Positions 26,720-40,345 of a stretch of DNA of 64,000 nt are shown one piece after another. Within the stretch, counting starts at the first letter, position 1. Every line of letters begins with the position of its first letter. The DNA is from Chiloscyllium plagiosum. Taxonomy: Eukaryota. The notes beneath the pieces are model-generated. The model made no database searches, was not told the DNA's origin, and was given only the letters and a program-made list of their open reading frames with translations. The position numbers and the translations under genes were made by a program. The DNA lies in NCBI RefSeq assembly GCF_004010195.1, contig NC_057714.1:72403655-72467654 (forward strand), read 5' to 3'.

Positions 26720-27560
26720 TTTTAATTGCATCGGTAACACCCTTGAAACACTTGCAGGTCAAGAGTGCAGTAATCCAGAACAGGTCGTCAATGGATCATT
26801 GGAAACAGCATGCTGCCTGAAAGTTTAGTACAGCTGTCACTTTGACTACCACTAGAATAGGATGCCATCCACCCCTTCAGGTCACAGATACTACTCTAGG
26901 AGTTGGCATAATTCTGTGACAGTATCCCCAGACATCCTCAGGCTGCAGCAACATTGTGTCTTGCTCATCTGGAGGAAATGGCATAGAGGACAAAGGTCTT
27001 TGGATCTGATATACTTCCTGTGCATTCTAAGACGACCTTTGGCTGCAACTTCATGTGGAACATATTTGATTGCTACTGGAGGCTATTCCTTCTCAATTTC
27101 CTGATGTCTTTGTTGCATGGCAGCTAGAATCATTCCTTTGTATTATGTGCAGACAGAATTTGCATTACACGCAAATAAGAATTTATCATCCTCCTCAATT
27201 CAGTGGGACATAGTCGATTATAACAAGGAGGGCTGTGAAGTGCCTCTATTTGGTCCTTTGCCTCAGTGGACCTTATTCCTATGCATGCCCTGCGAGCCAT
27301 TCCACACAAACACAGGCTATTGCAAGTGCAATAGGGATATAGAAATCTTGCCCCCTCCCATCATTCAATCACCCATAAAAGTCAGCAATGCATAGAAGAA
27401 CACATTATCAAACACGTACCAGTTCAAGGTGAGAGAAAATCAGCTCCTTCTTCTTGTACAGTCCATGAGATTTTGGCTTATCTTTGTGAGTTTTGGCTCA
27501 CAGGTGAGACTTAACATCACTTGTGATTAGTTCTGCTTCACAGCCTTGTCAATGATCAGT
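26720..27560 (-). mobile_element. PIF/Harbinger transposase remnant (N-terminal part)
   Basis: Reverse translation FLQMSKTQCCCSLRMSGDTVTELCQLL...VKVTAVLNFQAACCFQ...CKCFKGVTDA resembles the HARBI1-like HTH region; stops and a frameshift are present. Confidence 0.8.
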
Positions 27561-28286
27561 TTGCGAGGACCAGCAACACCGTCAAGATTGCTTGTCACCA
27601 GGATTTCTCTTCCCTATAGTTGATTACTGCATAATTTCACATGTCGAATTCTATGACTATGGATATTTTCAACTTACATTGTTTAATGCAACTGCCTTTT
27701 GATGGGCCTCATATTGTTCACAAAAAGAGCTCCTGTCCTCAAATGGAAAAAAACCCCCACAGGTTCCCCCATTCCAGGTGTGGTCCCAGCCATATTCTAT
27801 CATACATTTATGATTCGCCTAAGTACATAGACATTCCAGGTCACATTTGACATTGAGCTGCTGGGTCAGCATAGCAACCAAAGGATAACTGGTTAACCCC
27901 ATCAGTACTACATTCCTGCACATTCTCACATACCTTTCAATTACCTCTTCATTTCACAACATGACTCTGTGAGACCTGGCCCTACTGCGTAGACAAACCA
28001 ACCACTATGCAGCACTGTCCTCCTTAATGCCAGGGTAGTTGTGACCTTTGTTAACTGCTTCCTTCTTGCTGCAGTAACCCATGTCCTCCAATGCAATATC
28101 TCTTATTCTTATATATTGAGTTGCCTCCCTTAACAATGATATCCCGTTTGCACACAGCATGCTGCATCTACAGTGCTAGTCTCTGATAACTCACCTTGAC
28201 TTTCATTGAGCTGGCCTCCAGAAATGGTCATGGTTAACCCAACCTAACCCAAACTCCCCCCCAACACACACACACACACAACCTGT

Positions 28287-29100
28287 AGAATCAGAGATGT
28301 ACAGATCGGAAACAGACCCTTCGGTCCAACTCGTCCATGCTGAGCAGATATCCTAAATTAATCTTGACCCAAATCCCTCTAAACTCTTCCTATTCATGTA
28401 CCCATACAGATACTCTTTCAATGTTGTAATCGTACCAGCCTCCTCCACGTCCTCTAGAAGCTCAGTCCATAGATGCACCACCCTTTGCTTGAAAATGTTG
28501 CCCCTTAGGTCTCTTTTAAATTTTTCCCCTTTCACCCTAAACCTATGCCCTCTAGTCTGAACTCCCCCAACCCAGGGAAAAGACTTGTCTATTTATCCTA
28601 TCCATGCCCCTTACGATTTTATAAACATCTTAAGCTCACCTCTCAAGCTCACCTCTCAGCCTCCAATGGTCCAGGGAAAACAGCCCTACTGTATTCAGCC
28701 TCTCCCTATAGCTCAAACCTTCCAATCCCGGCATCATCCCTATAAATCTTTTCTGAACCTTTTCAAGTTTCACAACATCCTTCCTATTGGAGACAGACTG
28801 GAATTGTACACAAAATTCCAAAAGTGACCTAACCAATGCCCTGTACAGCTGCAACATGACCTCCCAATCCAAATCTCAGTGCTTTGATCAATAAAGGAAA
28901 GCATACAAAACGCCTTCTTCACTACCCTATCTACCTGAGACTCCGTTTTCAAGGAACTACAAACCTGCACTCCAAAATCTCTTTGTTCAGCAACACTCCC
29001 CAGGCCCTTACTATTAAGTGTATAAGTCCTGCTCTAATTTGCCTTTCCAAAATGCAGCACCTCACATTTATCTAAATTGAACTCATCTACCACTCCTCAG
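28287..29100 (-). mobile_element. CR1 3' ~0.8 kb
   Basis: ORFs MLQLYRALVRSLLEFCVQF...LEKVQKRF and KGEKFKRDLRGNIF. Confidence 0.92.
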
Positions 29101-29222
29101 AGGTGGACATCTGATCAACCAATATGTCCACCCTCTTGCTGGATGCATGAACAAATCAAAACTATTTTTGTGCAATTGTTGTTTCAAGCCACATAATCGA
29201 AAATTGTTGAAATCAGTTTCAC

Positions 29223-29305
29223 CTTCAAGGTCATGTGGTACATCATCTTTCCCATCGAAGCTACTGATGGAACACGTGAAGAGCTTGTCCAGGGGTTTTT
29301 CATAT
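29223..29305 (-). CDS. OLAH: OLAH coding exon 5 (YEKPLDKLFTCSISSFDGKDDVPHDLE)
   Basis: GxxD motif carrying the probable catalytic Asp; catag| acceptor and AG|gtgaaa donor; 83 nt, phases consistent. Confidence 0.92.
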
Positions 29306-30139
29306 CTATGGCAGAGCAAAATCACTTCAAAAATCATTCAAAAGTCATTAACTTCATGTTAAACATGTACATTGTGTCTTTTATAGTGCCTTTATCACAG
29401 TAAAATGTTCTAACGAGTTTCACAGGAATGCTATCAGATGAAATCGATATCTTGTGTAAGGAAAAGATATCATCAGTGACAACATTTTTAAAAAACAAAT
29501 CTCTTCTATTCTCTCTTCAGTTCTTCACAGATATGGCAGCAGCCTGGTATTGGCTGCTCAGTTGTTTTCCGGATAGTCTTTACATAATTCGGATTCAACA
29601 AACTTAATGACCCCTGAAGGAACAAAATGGCCTTTCCATATCTCTCATATTCCATGCTCTTTTACTTCAATAAAACATTTGCATAATTTTTAAAGCTATT
29701 TTGTAAGCAACTCAACATTTGAGGATAAATGCTGCGTTTTAGAATTTCATTATTGAATTTCATTAGTGGCACACAGTCTTCCTGCACTCCTAGCAACATA
29801 AAATCTTGCCACAGCTTCAGTGGAGTGAAAGGTAAGCAGAGTATACAGCTAAAAAATAACAAATATGGAGCCCAGGAATGATGTCTGGATTCTGAAAAGG
29901 AAGGGCAGGTTTCCTTCTCCTCACCCTCATGTAGTAATTCTAAGTAGTTCCCTTCCAAAGGATTCTGAACTCCTCTGGTTCTGGAGAAGGAGTGAACCTT
30001 GGGAGTGGGATTTATGCCAGCAAAAGTCTAGAAATTGCTCAGCAACTTTTATTTGCTCTAATACTGTAATCTGTGATTAGGGATTTCTTTACTAATGTTT
30101 ACTTGCTTAACCTTGTCTAAAAGAATGTGCCGTTACAGA

Positions 30140-30492
30140 TGGAACAGTGGCATTGCTGCCTCACAGCACCAGGGACCCAGGTTCAATTCCACTCTCAGGC
30201 AACTGTCTGTGTGGAGTTTGCACATTCTCCCCGTGTCTGCATAGGCTTCCTCCGGGAACTCTGGCTTCCTCCATAATCTAAAGATGTGTAGGTTAGGTAG
30301 ATTGTCATGCTAAATTGGCCATTGTGTCCAGGGGTGTACAGGCTAGGTGGATTAGCCTTAGGAAATGCGGGGGGGGGGGGGGGGGGGGGGGGGGGGGAAG
30401 AGAGAGTGGGTTTGGATAAGCTGCATTTTAGAGGGACGGTGTGGACTTGATGGGCTGAATGGCCTGCTACCACACTGTAGGGATTCTATGAT
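30140..30492 (+). mobile_element. HE1-type (V-SINE) tRNA-derived SINE with an internal G29 run
   Basis: GCTGCCTCACAGC...GGTTCAATTCC B-box; V-domain TGTGTGGAGTTTGCACATTCTCCC; CR1-like tail. Confidence 0.85.
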
Positions 30493-30727
30493 GAATGTTT
30501 GCATTTTTGCTACTGCAAAGTGACAACTGAAGGTGAGAGGGGTTTAATCCAACTGGATCTTTTCACATTCACAACATAAACTACTCAGTTATTATTGTAT
30601 AACAAATTAATGCCATAAAAAATTGTGTACTTCAGTTTGAATGGGTAAAAGTAAAAAGGTAAAAAATAAATTACACATTGTAGTCTTATTTTATAATATT
30701 AATTCTACTTAAATAATATAGATTTAC

Positions 30728-30897
30728 CTAATTGATTCCACAAGCCTAAGATCTGCTTTTAACACAGGGACAAACATTTGCAGAATGGCTTTATTGGCAA
30801 GAATTTCAGATGGGGTACCACCAATAGACGTCATCCATTTCAGAAATTCATCGTCTGGGAGATCTGACTTCTTATGAATGGGATAACGAGCTGGAGA
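30728..30897 (-). CDS. OLAH: OLAH coding exon 4 (SPARYPIHKKSDLPDDEFLKWMTSIGGTPSEILANKAILQMFVPVLKADLRLVESIR)
   Basis: Lid region with GGTP...L.ADL motif (overlaps ORF 30724..30936); cag| acceptor and AG|gtaaat donor; 170 nt. Confidence 0.95.
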
Positions 30898-31468
30898 CTG
30901 CTTGTAGATAAAGGTGAAAGAATCATTTAGTGCCACTTCAACAATGCAGGTTATAAAAAAAATTCTGTACTTTGTATTTTTATAGTTATAAGAGTATCAG
31001 TGTCAGCATCTGAGCTATAAACATTTTCCATCAGAGGCAGCATTAGCTGCTGTAATAATGTATCTTAACCTCAACTCTATATTTCAATGTTTTTGTTAAT
31101 ATCTCACGTAAATATCAATTACTGCAACATTAGGGTCATGTTACCTTTGTATTCTCCAAGTACCTGGTTATAACTGCACAAATGTACTTAATTCAAGTCT
31201 CTCACAGCTATCATAAGGGAACTTTCATCCAATCAGGCTGAAGTTCAAAGAAGTGAGAAATGAAGGATATGTGTTAAGTTACTGATTCATTTGGTCACTA
31301 CACATTGCACAATAAATGAACATGGCCAAGGAGCAAAGCACATTTAACTTCAGAACCAACATCCTACATATAAAGTGAAAGATCTAGGGGACTGATAAAG
31401 TACTCTGTTCACTGCCCTTTTGGTTGATGTATATGCTGGTGCTTTTGAGTTGACCTTAAGCATAGTGA

Positions 31469-31617
31469 TTCTGGATTAGCGGTGCTGGAAGACCACAGCA
31501 GTTCAGGCAGCCTCCGAGGAGCAGTACTACTGTCCCTAAGATGCTACCTGAACTTCTGTGCTCTTCCAGCACCACTAATCCAGAATCTGGTTTCCAGCAT
31601 CTGCAGTCATTGTTTTT
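31469..31617. mobile_element. Fold-back fragment of a Penelope-like terminal repeat
   Basis: Arms GATTCTGGATTAGCGGTGCTGGAAGA.. and ..TCTTCCAGCACCACTAATCCAGAATC are inverted; flanked by ACCTTAAGCATAGTGA / ACCTTCAACATAGTGA (14/16). Confidence 0.75.
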
Positions 31618-33224
31618 ACCTTCAACATAGTGAGTTTATTTCAGTAAGTGTTTAGGGCCCTTGGCATATAGTATATACTGGCAATATACTAGGACTAGAC
31701 ACAACTTACATCACAAATAAAGATTTTAAAAAGCCTCTTTGTTATGCCACACCAAACTCAAGTTTCACCTTCAAAGGTTAAGTCATTCTGCATAACATGT
31801 CTAGTAATCTATTTAACAGTACTGTCTGAGCAGCTTGAATAGTAGCAAGACTAATGCTTTTCTCTTGCCTCAAGGCTTTGGGCCATAAACTGGAAAATGG
31901 GGCTAATGTAATCAGATCTTCATTCACTGGTGCAGATATAGTGTGTCAAATGGCTTCCTTCTGTGCTGTAAATATCAATGAGTCTATGTCTCATTAATGC
32001 TCTGCTCCTGAGAGCACGTGTGGTAAAGAAGAGCTGTGTTGGATATGCAAAAGTTAGCAAAATAAATAACTAGCAAAACCAGCATTTGTCACCTATCCCC
32101 CGAGTGCCTTGGAGAAGGTGGTAGTGAAGTGCCTTACTGAACCATTATACTCCATCAATCAGATACACACATAGTGCTGTTAGGAAGTTTTCACATTTTG
32201 GGTCCATCCTGTTTCTGCCAGTCTTTGAAGGGGCATTTGCCCTTGCCATTTGCCATAGGAGTGTAAATATTTTCCATTCCAAATGACTCTATTCCCTTTG
32301 AAAGCCTCAACTATCCCACATAGGCCATGCCTTTCAAATCCTACCTACTCGCTGTGTGAGTTTTTCTTCATGCCACCATTGCATGTTTTGCCAAATACCT
32401 TAAATCTGCACTCTCTGCTTCTTGATCCTTCCATTGGAAATTGTTCTTCTTTATCTACTCTGACCATTCTCCTTGTAATTTTAAATATGTCTACCAATTT
32501 TATTATCAACTACTTCTTCTTTCAATCTGACTTGAGCTGTATCTTCTTCCTTGCTAAAATGAAATGCTAAACATTAATTTAGTAACTCGCTCATTCTCAC
32601 TGCTTCCATTTCAGGTTCCTTTATAGCATCCAATTTGCCCCACTTCTCCTCTTAATACTTTTTTTTTACTATTCTATCCAAAGGGAGTCTTCAGGATTCC
32701 CTTTTATGCAACTTGCCAGTCTCCTGTCTCCAATTTCCTTTTTTATTTCCTTTTGAACTTTCTATACTCATTCTGATTCACATCAACACTTTCTTTTATT
32801 ACTTTACATCAAACGACTGCACCCCTCTTATTCCTTAAGTCTAGCCAAATCAATTTGGTCTTTGAACCATCTGAAACAACCTCTTCTCCAGTACTGATGG
32901 TCTCCTTAGCCAAAATCACCATCACACATACCGTTGAATGAGTGGCCAAAACTGTGGCGAAAAAGGTAGAGCATCCATGTCATCTTCACAACACACTTAC
33001 TTACCTGTCTTAGGGTCATCTGCAAATTTAGCGATCATGCCTTTGCACCTCTCAAAGTCATTAACATAGAGTGCAATAAAATGAGGCCTAAGCACAGATG
33101 TTGCAGAATTCCATTCTTAATAACAATCTGATCGGATAAAGAGCCATTTTCACATACAGCCAGTCAATCTACTATCCATGTTACTATGTTGCTCCATATT
33201 ATATGTGACATATTGAACAATAAC

Positions 33225-33535
33225 ACAGTGGCTCAGTGGTTAGCACTGCTGCCTCACAGCACCAGGGCCCCAGGTTCGATTCCAGCCTCGGGTGACTGTC
33301 TGTGTGGAGTTTGCACATTCTCCCTATGTCTGTGTGGGTTTCCTCTGGTGCTCCGGTTTCCTCACACAGTCCAAAGGTGTGCAGGTCAGGTGAATTGGCC
33401 ATGCTAAATTCCCCATAGTGTTAGGTGCATTAGTCAGAGGGAAATGTGTCTGGGTGGGTTACTCTTCGGCGGGTTGGTGTGGACTTGTTGGGCCGAAGGG
33501 CCTGTTTCCACACTGTAGGGAATCTAATCTAATAA
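33225..33535 (+). mobile_element. Full-length HE1-type SINE
   Basis: A box TGGCTCAGTGG, B box GGTTCGATTCC, V-domain, (AATCT)n tail. Confidence 0.92.
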
Positions 33536-34332
33536 CTTTTGATGCAGCACTCCCCCATAACCCCCCCATCAATCCATAATACATGTGGTACTTCAAAGAT
33601 CTGATAAATTGGTTATCTTTTCCATTTCATAAAACCATAAAGAACTCTTCCTAATTAGCTTGAATTTTCCTCCTTTCTTCCTGTTCTTTTAAAATGATCC
33701 ACATAACAATCACATTATAATGAGAGTTTTAACCAGCCCTGTTGATCCAAATTGCATATGGCGAGCTGGCTGTCAATTTCAGCACAAGCTTACCTTCCAT
33801 GTTAATGGGGGTGAGGTGTTTGAACAACTCACTCTATTTCATGTGATAACTTTTCAAAAACACACTAGGCTGTGGAACACAAAACCTAGTGCATGGTTTC
33901 AGGTCTGAGTAAACTTCAAGAATCCTCCTCTTTTTGGAATAGCTTATGCATTCATATATTTTTGGACAGTGCAAAATATTAAAGCTTCTGCCAATATCAT
34001 TGGCAGGAAAGGAAAATATATTAATTTACTTTACCTCCCAAATATAGATGCATGCCTCCACCTCATCACACTCCTCATTACCAACTGAAATTATACAGAA
34101 CTAACTTTTGTCCCTTTCAAAGTAGTACACAGAGTTATTCCTTGGTAAGGATGAACCAATATACTATGCAGAAAAAAGTTGCTTTAAAGTAGCTTTCTCC
34201 AAACACAAGCAACTGCACAGAAATTCAAAGTCACAACAGTTCAGGGTAGAGGTAGATCAAAGTATCACCTTCCTTGGGGAAATCTTTCAAAACTTGATCC
34301 CTAAGTGAGCCGACCAAAGAAAGACCAGCATT

Positions 34333-34518
34333 GGGGCACAGTGGATAGCACTGCTGCCTCACAGCACCAGGGACCCGAGTTTGATTTCACCTTTGGGTAG
34401 CAAATGCAGAGGTAAGTCGATAGGATGGAGGGTGTGGGTGTCAATGGGATGATGTTCAGAGGGTTGATGCAGACTCAATGGACCAAATGGCCTCGAACTA
34501 CATTTTGGAATTCTATGA
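34333..34518 (+). mobile_element. Degenerate, internally deleted HE1-type SINE
   Basis: GGCACAGTGGATAGCACTGCTGCCTCACAGC head and ATTCTATGA tail. Confidence 0.7.
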
Positions 34519-35013
34519 GCAGTGAAAAGTGTAGGTGCTACAGAATTATATTATGTTTATCACAATGCATTAAGTGCCTTTACTTGACAGTGCAAAGGAG
34601 CTGAACAGTCATAGAAAATTGCACGATCAATCTCCAAGTAATCAAGTTTACATGGTTTTTCCATTCTTAATTACTTCAGAAAACTTTCTATTGTATTACA
34701 TTCACAATGAGATTTCCTCCAAGCTGACCTGAGTGGAGCAGTTTAACCACTGCCTCCTCATTATGGTATACCCTAGGTCAGGACTTCATTGTGTGCAAAC
34801 TACTAGTAAAAATATAGTTCTGACCATACCATGACATGTTTTACATTAAATGGCTATGGAACTCAAGTAAGTCTATATTTATGTTCAGTTCAGCCAAACT
34901 GAGAAATAAGGTTAGAAATCCCATTTTCAAAGAAAAAAGGTATTATATTTCATGTCTTCTTGTGCAAATTATTTGATTAAAAATAATTTCATAAAATAAA
35001 ACGTTTTACTTAC

Positions 35014-35113
35014 ATGTGGTGCTGAAGCACCAGATACAAAAAGGTGTACAGGTTCCAAACCATGATTTTTCTGTATCAATGCTGCTGTAGCAAAACTGAG
35101 GTATGCTCCAAAA
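35014..35113 (-). CDS. OLAH: OLAH coding exon 3 (FGAYLSFATAALIQKNHGLEPVHLFVSGASAPH)
   Basis: Completes the GHSFG (GxSxG) nucleophile elbow; EPVHLFVSGASAP motif; ctacag| acceptor and |gtaagt donor; 100 nt. Confidence 0.95.
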
Positions 35114-38100
35114 CTGTAGAGAAAAACAAGTGGTAAAGTAATTTTTCACCTTGATTTTGTCTCATTGATCTTGCACTGATTTTCTGTGAAATCAGTATCA
35201 GTGTTGTTGTTGTCCATTATGAATTAAACTAAAACCTTTACTGAGATAATTCGTTTAATAGCAGAATCATTTTTACACACCTTAAATAAACATTCTCGAC
35301 TACTGCCAGTGTGACAGAAATTTGCATTTGCCAATCAAGCACAAGGCAAAATCAGGACAAATTGTGATTTTGCAAAATCTTATAAATGAGGAGGAACCTC
35401 AAAGGCAGTTGACACAGGATATATGTGTTCAACGGCATGTGATTGGTTTGCTGGGTGAACAATTTCCAACAGACAGCTTTGGAGAGATCTGAGTTCAGTA
35501 TTGAAATTTCATCATTAAATGTCTCTTGCAAAATTGGTGTCATTGGGGCAGACTCTAGCCAAGACATGCCCTGCATGTAAAATCTAGTTTCTACTGCAAT
35601 ACAGGAACTGGGTGGTCTAGTCGGCATTTTACAAAAAACATTTTCATAATCCACCGCCTCCCTTTTTGTGTGTCATTTCCCTCTTACTGTATTTTAACCA
35701 AGCACGTTCTACAAATCCTGCTGTCTTTTCTCTTGCCATTGATTTTTTTCAGTTTTGTTATCGGTGGTTTTGAAATTCATCACACAAAGTAGTAAGGATG
35801 GGCATGATTTTGCTCAGTTTGGAATGCACTACAAAATGAGAAGGGAGTTAATGTGGGGCTAACAAATTTACATACCTCTGAAGAGGTTTGGCCATATCTG
35901 TCTCTACCTCACATTAATAGATTTTTTTCCACATGCTCCTGCACACAACGAGATAACTTACCTTCAACAATTCCAGATGATGAACCAGGTTTTCACAGTC
36001 CTGCCCTCTACTTTAGAACTTAGCTGTACCTAACATTGTCATATCTCCGACTTTAGGAAGTGAAGGTTACAACAGCATGAACTTGCATATTACTGAATTC
36101 TTCTAAGACATCTTGAGAGTCATCTACATCAGACAGTCTACTATGTACATGTACATCAGAGACCTCACAGATTCTTAGGCTGTAAAGGCAAAATATTGTT
36201 TTTTCCCTGAGAAAGAGCCATTGTTGGTCAAGGTTACCACTTTCACTTACGACTTGAATTTTTACACATCAAACTCATTCCAAAAACACAAGGGATACCA
36301 GTAAGACAGTCAATCCACAGGGCATAAATGTGTCAAACAGCTTATTAACAAGTTTTCATAAGAGCAAATAGCTTCATAAATCTCCCTGGAAACAAGAAGA
36401 ATGAGAGGGTGCTGCCACTTCACACTGAATGCATACCTCTAATCCAGAATGCATTCACATTCACCTTAGTCTCAACACAATCATGTGCCTTTCTTGCAGT
36501 ATATGGAATTCCACTCTAAACAGATGTCGTGCCTGGACAGATAAACTACTTTAGATTACAGACCCAGCATGATCTCACATTATCATGTTATCAATATTCA
36601 TGCCATAAAGATATGATTGGTGGTGGTGGAAGAGGACACCCATTAATAAACAATGAGAGCAAAATTAAGAGGCTAAGCCAGAACATATCACTACTGTTTA
36701 TATCAAAGTAAATAATAGAATCTCGCGCTACTGACTCCTTTTGCCATTGCAATAATCTTCCACATAAACACTACAGGGATTCAATACACCTTCAGCAACA
36801 CTGGCTACAGCTTTGTCTCAGCAATCCTGCATGCCAAACTTTTAAATCTGTAAAGCCTGCTTTATACTAAATACATGAACCATAGTGAAAAATTTGATTT
36901 CCTGAAAGTAACTAGCAAAGGTGGCTACTATTTCTGTTCCTCCTCATCCCAATCAGTGCTTCCTGTTGGTGACAGTGTATGTTCCATCCACTCTACATTC
37001 TAATCTTCTGCTTCTTCAATTGTTTCCTTTACAGTTTTAACAGGGTAGTAAGATGTTTAGCTATTGAATAAATCAAAGAATCATTTTAGGGCAGGGGATT
37101 ATATTTGGCCCATCATGTCTACACCAGCTGTCTGTATGAGCAATTCACTTTGTGCCAAACCCCATAAACCTGCACATTGTTCCTTTTTATGGAAGGACAG
37201 AATGCTATGGTGCAGGAGGTGGCTGTTTTAACCACTGTGCCAGCACTTGCTGTCCGAATGAGCATGCTAACTTAGTGACGTTCTCCAGCCTTTTCCAAAT
37301 AATGTACAATTTAATGTTCTCCTGAATGCCAAAATTAAATAAGTGTTCACCACACTCCTACACACTGCATTTCAGACTCTCTGCATGAAAAGGTTTAACA
37401 TCACAGGAAGTTTTTTGCAAACTTTCAATCTGGCTCCTCTTGTTCTTAATCCTTTTATAAGTGGGAACAGTTTTCCCCTAACTACCCCATCTAGACAAAT
37501 CATGGTTTTGAAGATTTCTATCAAATCCATTCTGAGGAAAAACACAGCCCCAACGTCTCCAAACTATCTTCATAACTGAAGCTTCTCATCTGGGAATTCT
37601 TGTAAACTCCTACACACTCTCCAATGCCTTCATGTCTTTCCAAATATATGGCGCCCAAACTGAATGCAACCCCACCCAGGGCTGAACTAGTGTCTACTAA
37701 ACTAGTGAGAATCAGAACCTTGGACTTGAAGGGAGCATCCTTGTTCTAAAGCATTGTCTAATTCGTGCTGCCTCGGCTAATGATGCCATAACTTGTAAAA
37801 CATATTTGCTTTATGCAACATCCATTATTCAAGATTGGGGGTGATGCAGGTAAACTAAATAGAATAGAATAGAATTGTTGGAAAAGCTCAGCAGATCTGG
37901 CAGCAACTGTGGAGAGAAATCAGAGTTAATATTTTGGGTCCAGTGACCCTTCTTCAGAACAGACCATTCCCATCATCTTTAGTTCTTTCGGTTTTTCCTT
38001 AGAATAGAATTGGATGAAAGTGCACTCCCTACTCCTGTCACACCCAGCAAGTCCAATTTATACCAGGAAGTCTAACAAAAGAAACCTAACAAAATTTACC

Positions 38101-38299
38101 TTGCACAATATTATACCTGGACACTGCTGCTCCTATCTCAGCACCAGCAGATTTCCTAGGTCAAATGTAGAATTGGGTTTTAACATATTACATTAGCCCT
38201 TAGCTTTGTCTCATATTAAAAGAATTAAAAAAGTGTACATCTTGCTGCATCATAATTTGAGAATTTCCACAGTAAAATTACAATTATTGCTGAACTTTG

Positions 38300-38862
38300 A
38301 TGCTAATGTTTTTGAGATTCATGCATGAGTAGTCTTAAATCCCTCAGTGCTACAGCTTTCAGCAGTCCTTTTCCCATTTAAATAGTATTCAGCTCCTTTA
38401 TTCTTCCTGCCAAAGTGCAGTACTTCACATTTCCCCACATTATATTCCATCTGTCAAATGTTTACTCACTCATTTAATCTACCTAATATGGATTCCTCGT
38501 GTCATCCTCATTACTTGCCTTCCCATCTATTTTACATCATCCACAAACTTGGCGATAGTACGTTCACTTTGCCCATTGAAGTCATTAGTGTAAATAATTG
38601 CAGCCGCAGCACTGACCCCTGTGGTTCTCCACCAGTTACAGGCTGCCATCCTGAATATGTCCCCCTTTATCTCACACTGTCTTCTATTAGTTAACCAATC
38701 CTCTATCCATGCTAATATCCTACCTCAACATATGGGCTCTAATTTAGTAGCCCTATATTTGGTACTTTATCACACATTTATTGAAAATTCAAGTGTATTA
38801 AATCTACTGCTTTTCTGTTATCTGTCCTACTTGTTACATCCTCAAAAGAACTAACAAGTTTG
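38300..38862 (-). mobile_element. Old CR1 RT fragment
   Basis: Reverse strand resembles GEPQGSVL...FVDDVK...QMEYNVGKCEVLHFGRKN. Confidence 0.75.
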
Positions 38863-38899
38863 CTCTTTGTTTCTCCTGCACCATGTCTTCATCTTCCTC

Positions 38900-39440
38900 C
38901 ACGAAAGACTTCCAGATTCTCAGCAGTCATTGCATCCACTCTTTATCTGTGTGAGTTGTGTAAAGCATAGCATGCTAGAACGATGTGATGCACTCGCATT
39001 GCAAAGCCCTCCAGGCTGATCCAGCATTGCAACCTCTTCCTGACGTGCTCAACCTAATCCACAATGGCCTTGATGGCCAAAATGGATAGCATTGTATCTA
39101 TACTCAGCCTCATTAAGGACATATATAATGGAGTCATCAGATATGAATTCAGACAGGATTCCTTGTCGTGCAGTAACCATTCTTGAATGGCATCTAACTC
39201 TGGAGATGAAACAGGTACATGGCAATTCAAGGAAACACACAATATGGCAGCTTCCAAGAATACCAGTCACAGATTTTTACAACGTGGCACCAATGATCAC
39301 AGATGACTGCTACAATGCTGGAATGTACAACAGCTATTCAGGTCAGCAGCTTTTTTTGTTCATGAAATTAGCTGTGATACAATATGGCAGTCTCAACATA
39401 ATGGGTGCCCTGTACTTGAAGGAAGCCAGTTTGTTGGTGA
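38900..39440 (-). mobile_element. PIF/Harbinger transposase remnant (DDE catalytic region)
   Basis: GFLQVQG, NFMNKKS, GSCH and NEAEYRYNAIH match HARBI1-like motifs (GFPxVQG, FINRKG, PGSxHD, EAExRYNxAH). Confidence 0.75.
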
Positions 39441-39605
39441 TGGAGTGGAATGACCAAATGATTAATTTGACACCCAGGAGCTCACTTCTAACATGAATGA
39501 GTTTATGGAGATTACATCGGTGGAAGAAACCCTCTGAAAATCCAGACAAGACTTCACCCAACAAAATAAAACATATATTTGTTTCATCCCACCTTCAATG
39601 TTCAT

Positions 39606-40345
39606 AAGGTAAAAACAATGACTGCAGATGCTGGAAACCAGATTCTGGATTAGTGGTGCTGGAAGAGCACAGTGGTTCAGGCAGCATCCAAGGAGCTTCG
39701 AAATCGACGTTTCGGGCAAAAGCCCTTCATCAGGAATAAAGGCAGTGAGCCTGGAGCGTGGAGAGATAAGCTAGAGGAGGGTGGGGGTGGGGAGAAAGTA
39801 GCATAGAGTACAATGGGTGAGTGGGNNNNNNNNNNNNNNNNNNNNNNNNNNNNNNNNNNNNNNNNNNNNNNNNNNNNNNNNNNNNNNNNNNNNNNNNNNN
39901 NNNNNNNNNNNNNNNNNNNNNNNNNNNNNNNNNNNNNNNNNNNNNNNNNNNNNNNNNNNNNNNNNNNNNNNNNNNNNNNNNNNNNNNNNNNNNNNNNNNN
40001 NNNNNNNNNNNNNNNNNNNNNNNNNNNNNNNNNNNNNNNNNNNNNNNNNNNNNNNNNNNNNNGTAAAACTTTGATGGATGTGGAAGGCTCCTTTAGGGCC
40101 TTGGATAGAGGTGAGGGAGAAGGTGTGGGCACAGGTTTTACAGTTCCTGCGGTGGCAGGGGAAAGTGCCAGGATGGGAGGGTGGGTTGTGGGGGCGTGGA
40201 CCTGGCCAGGTAGTCACGGAGGGAACATTCTTTGCGGAAGGCGGAAAGGGGTGGGGAGGGAAACATATCCCTGGTGGTGGGGTCTGTTTGGAGGTGGCGG
40301 AAATGTCGGCGGATGATTTGGTTTATGCGAAGGTAGGTAGGGTGA
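39606..40345 (-). mobile_element. Penelope-like element 3' fragment with an intact hammerhead core (N gap 39826-40062)
   Basis: Encodes IIRRHFRHLQTDPTT...GTFPCHRRNCKTC; terminal repeat contains CTGATGAAGGGCTTTTGCCCGAAACGTC. Confidence 0.9.
39706..39733 (-). ncRNA. Minimal hammerhead ribozyme motif
   Basis: CUGAUGA-A-GGGC-UUUU-GCCC-GAAAC-GUC: both conserved core boxes, a 4-bp stem II and a palindromic ACGU stem III. Confidence 0.75.

Noticed and set aside
30369-30397. G29 homopolymer (G-quadruplex candidate)
   Set aside because: It sits inside a SINE, and homopolymer length is unreliable in assemblies.
33225-33300. tRNA-like A/B boxes
   Set aside because: This is the head of an HE1-type SINE and continues into the V-domain and tail; it is not a tRNA gene.
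35352-35654. 100-aa ORF on the OLAH strand within an intron
   Set aside because: No recognisable domain, a GTG start, and exons 2 and 3 already join in frame across the catalytic Ser.
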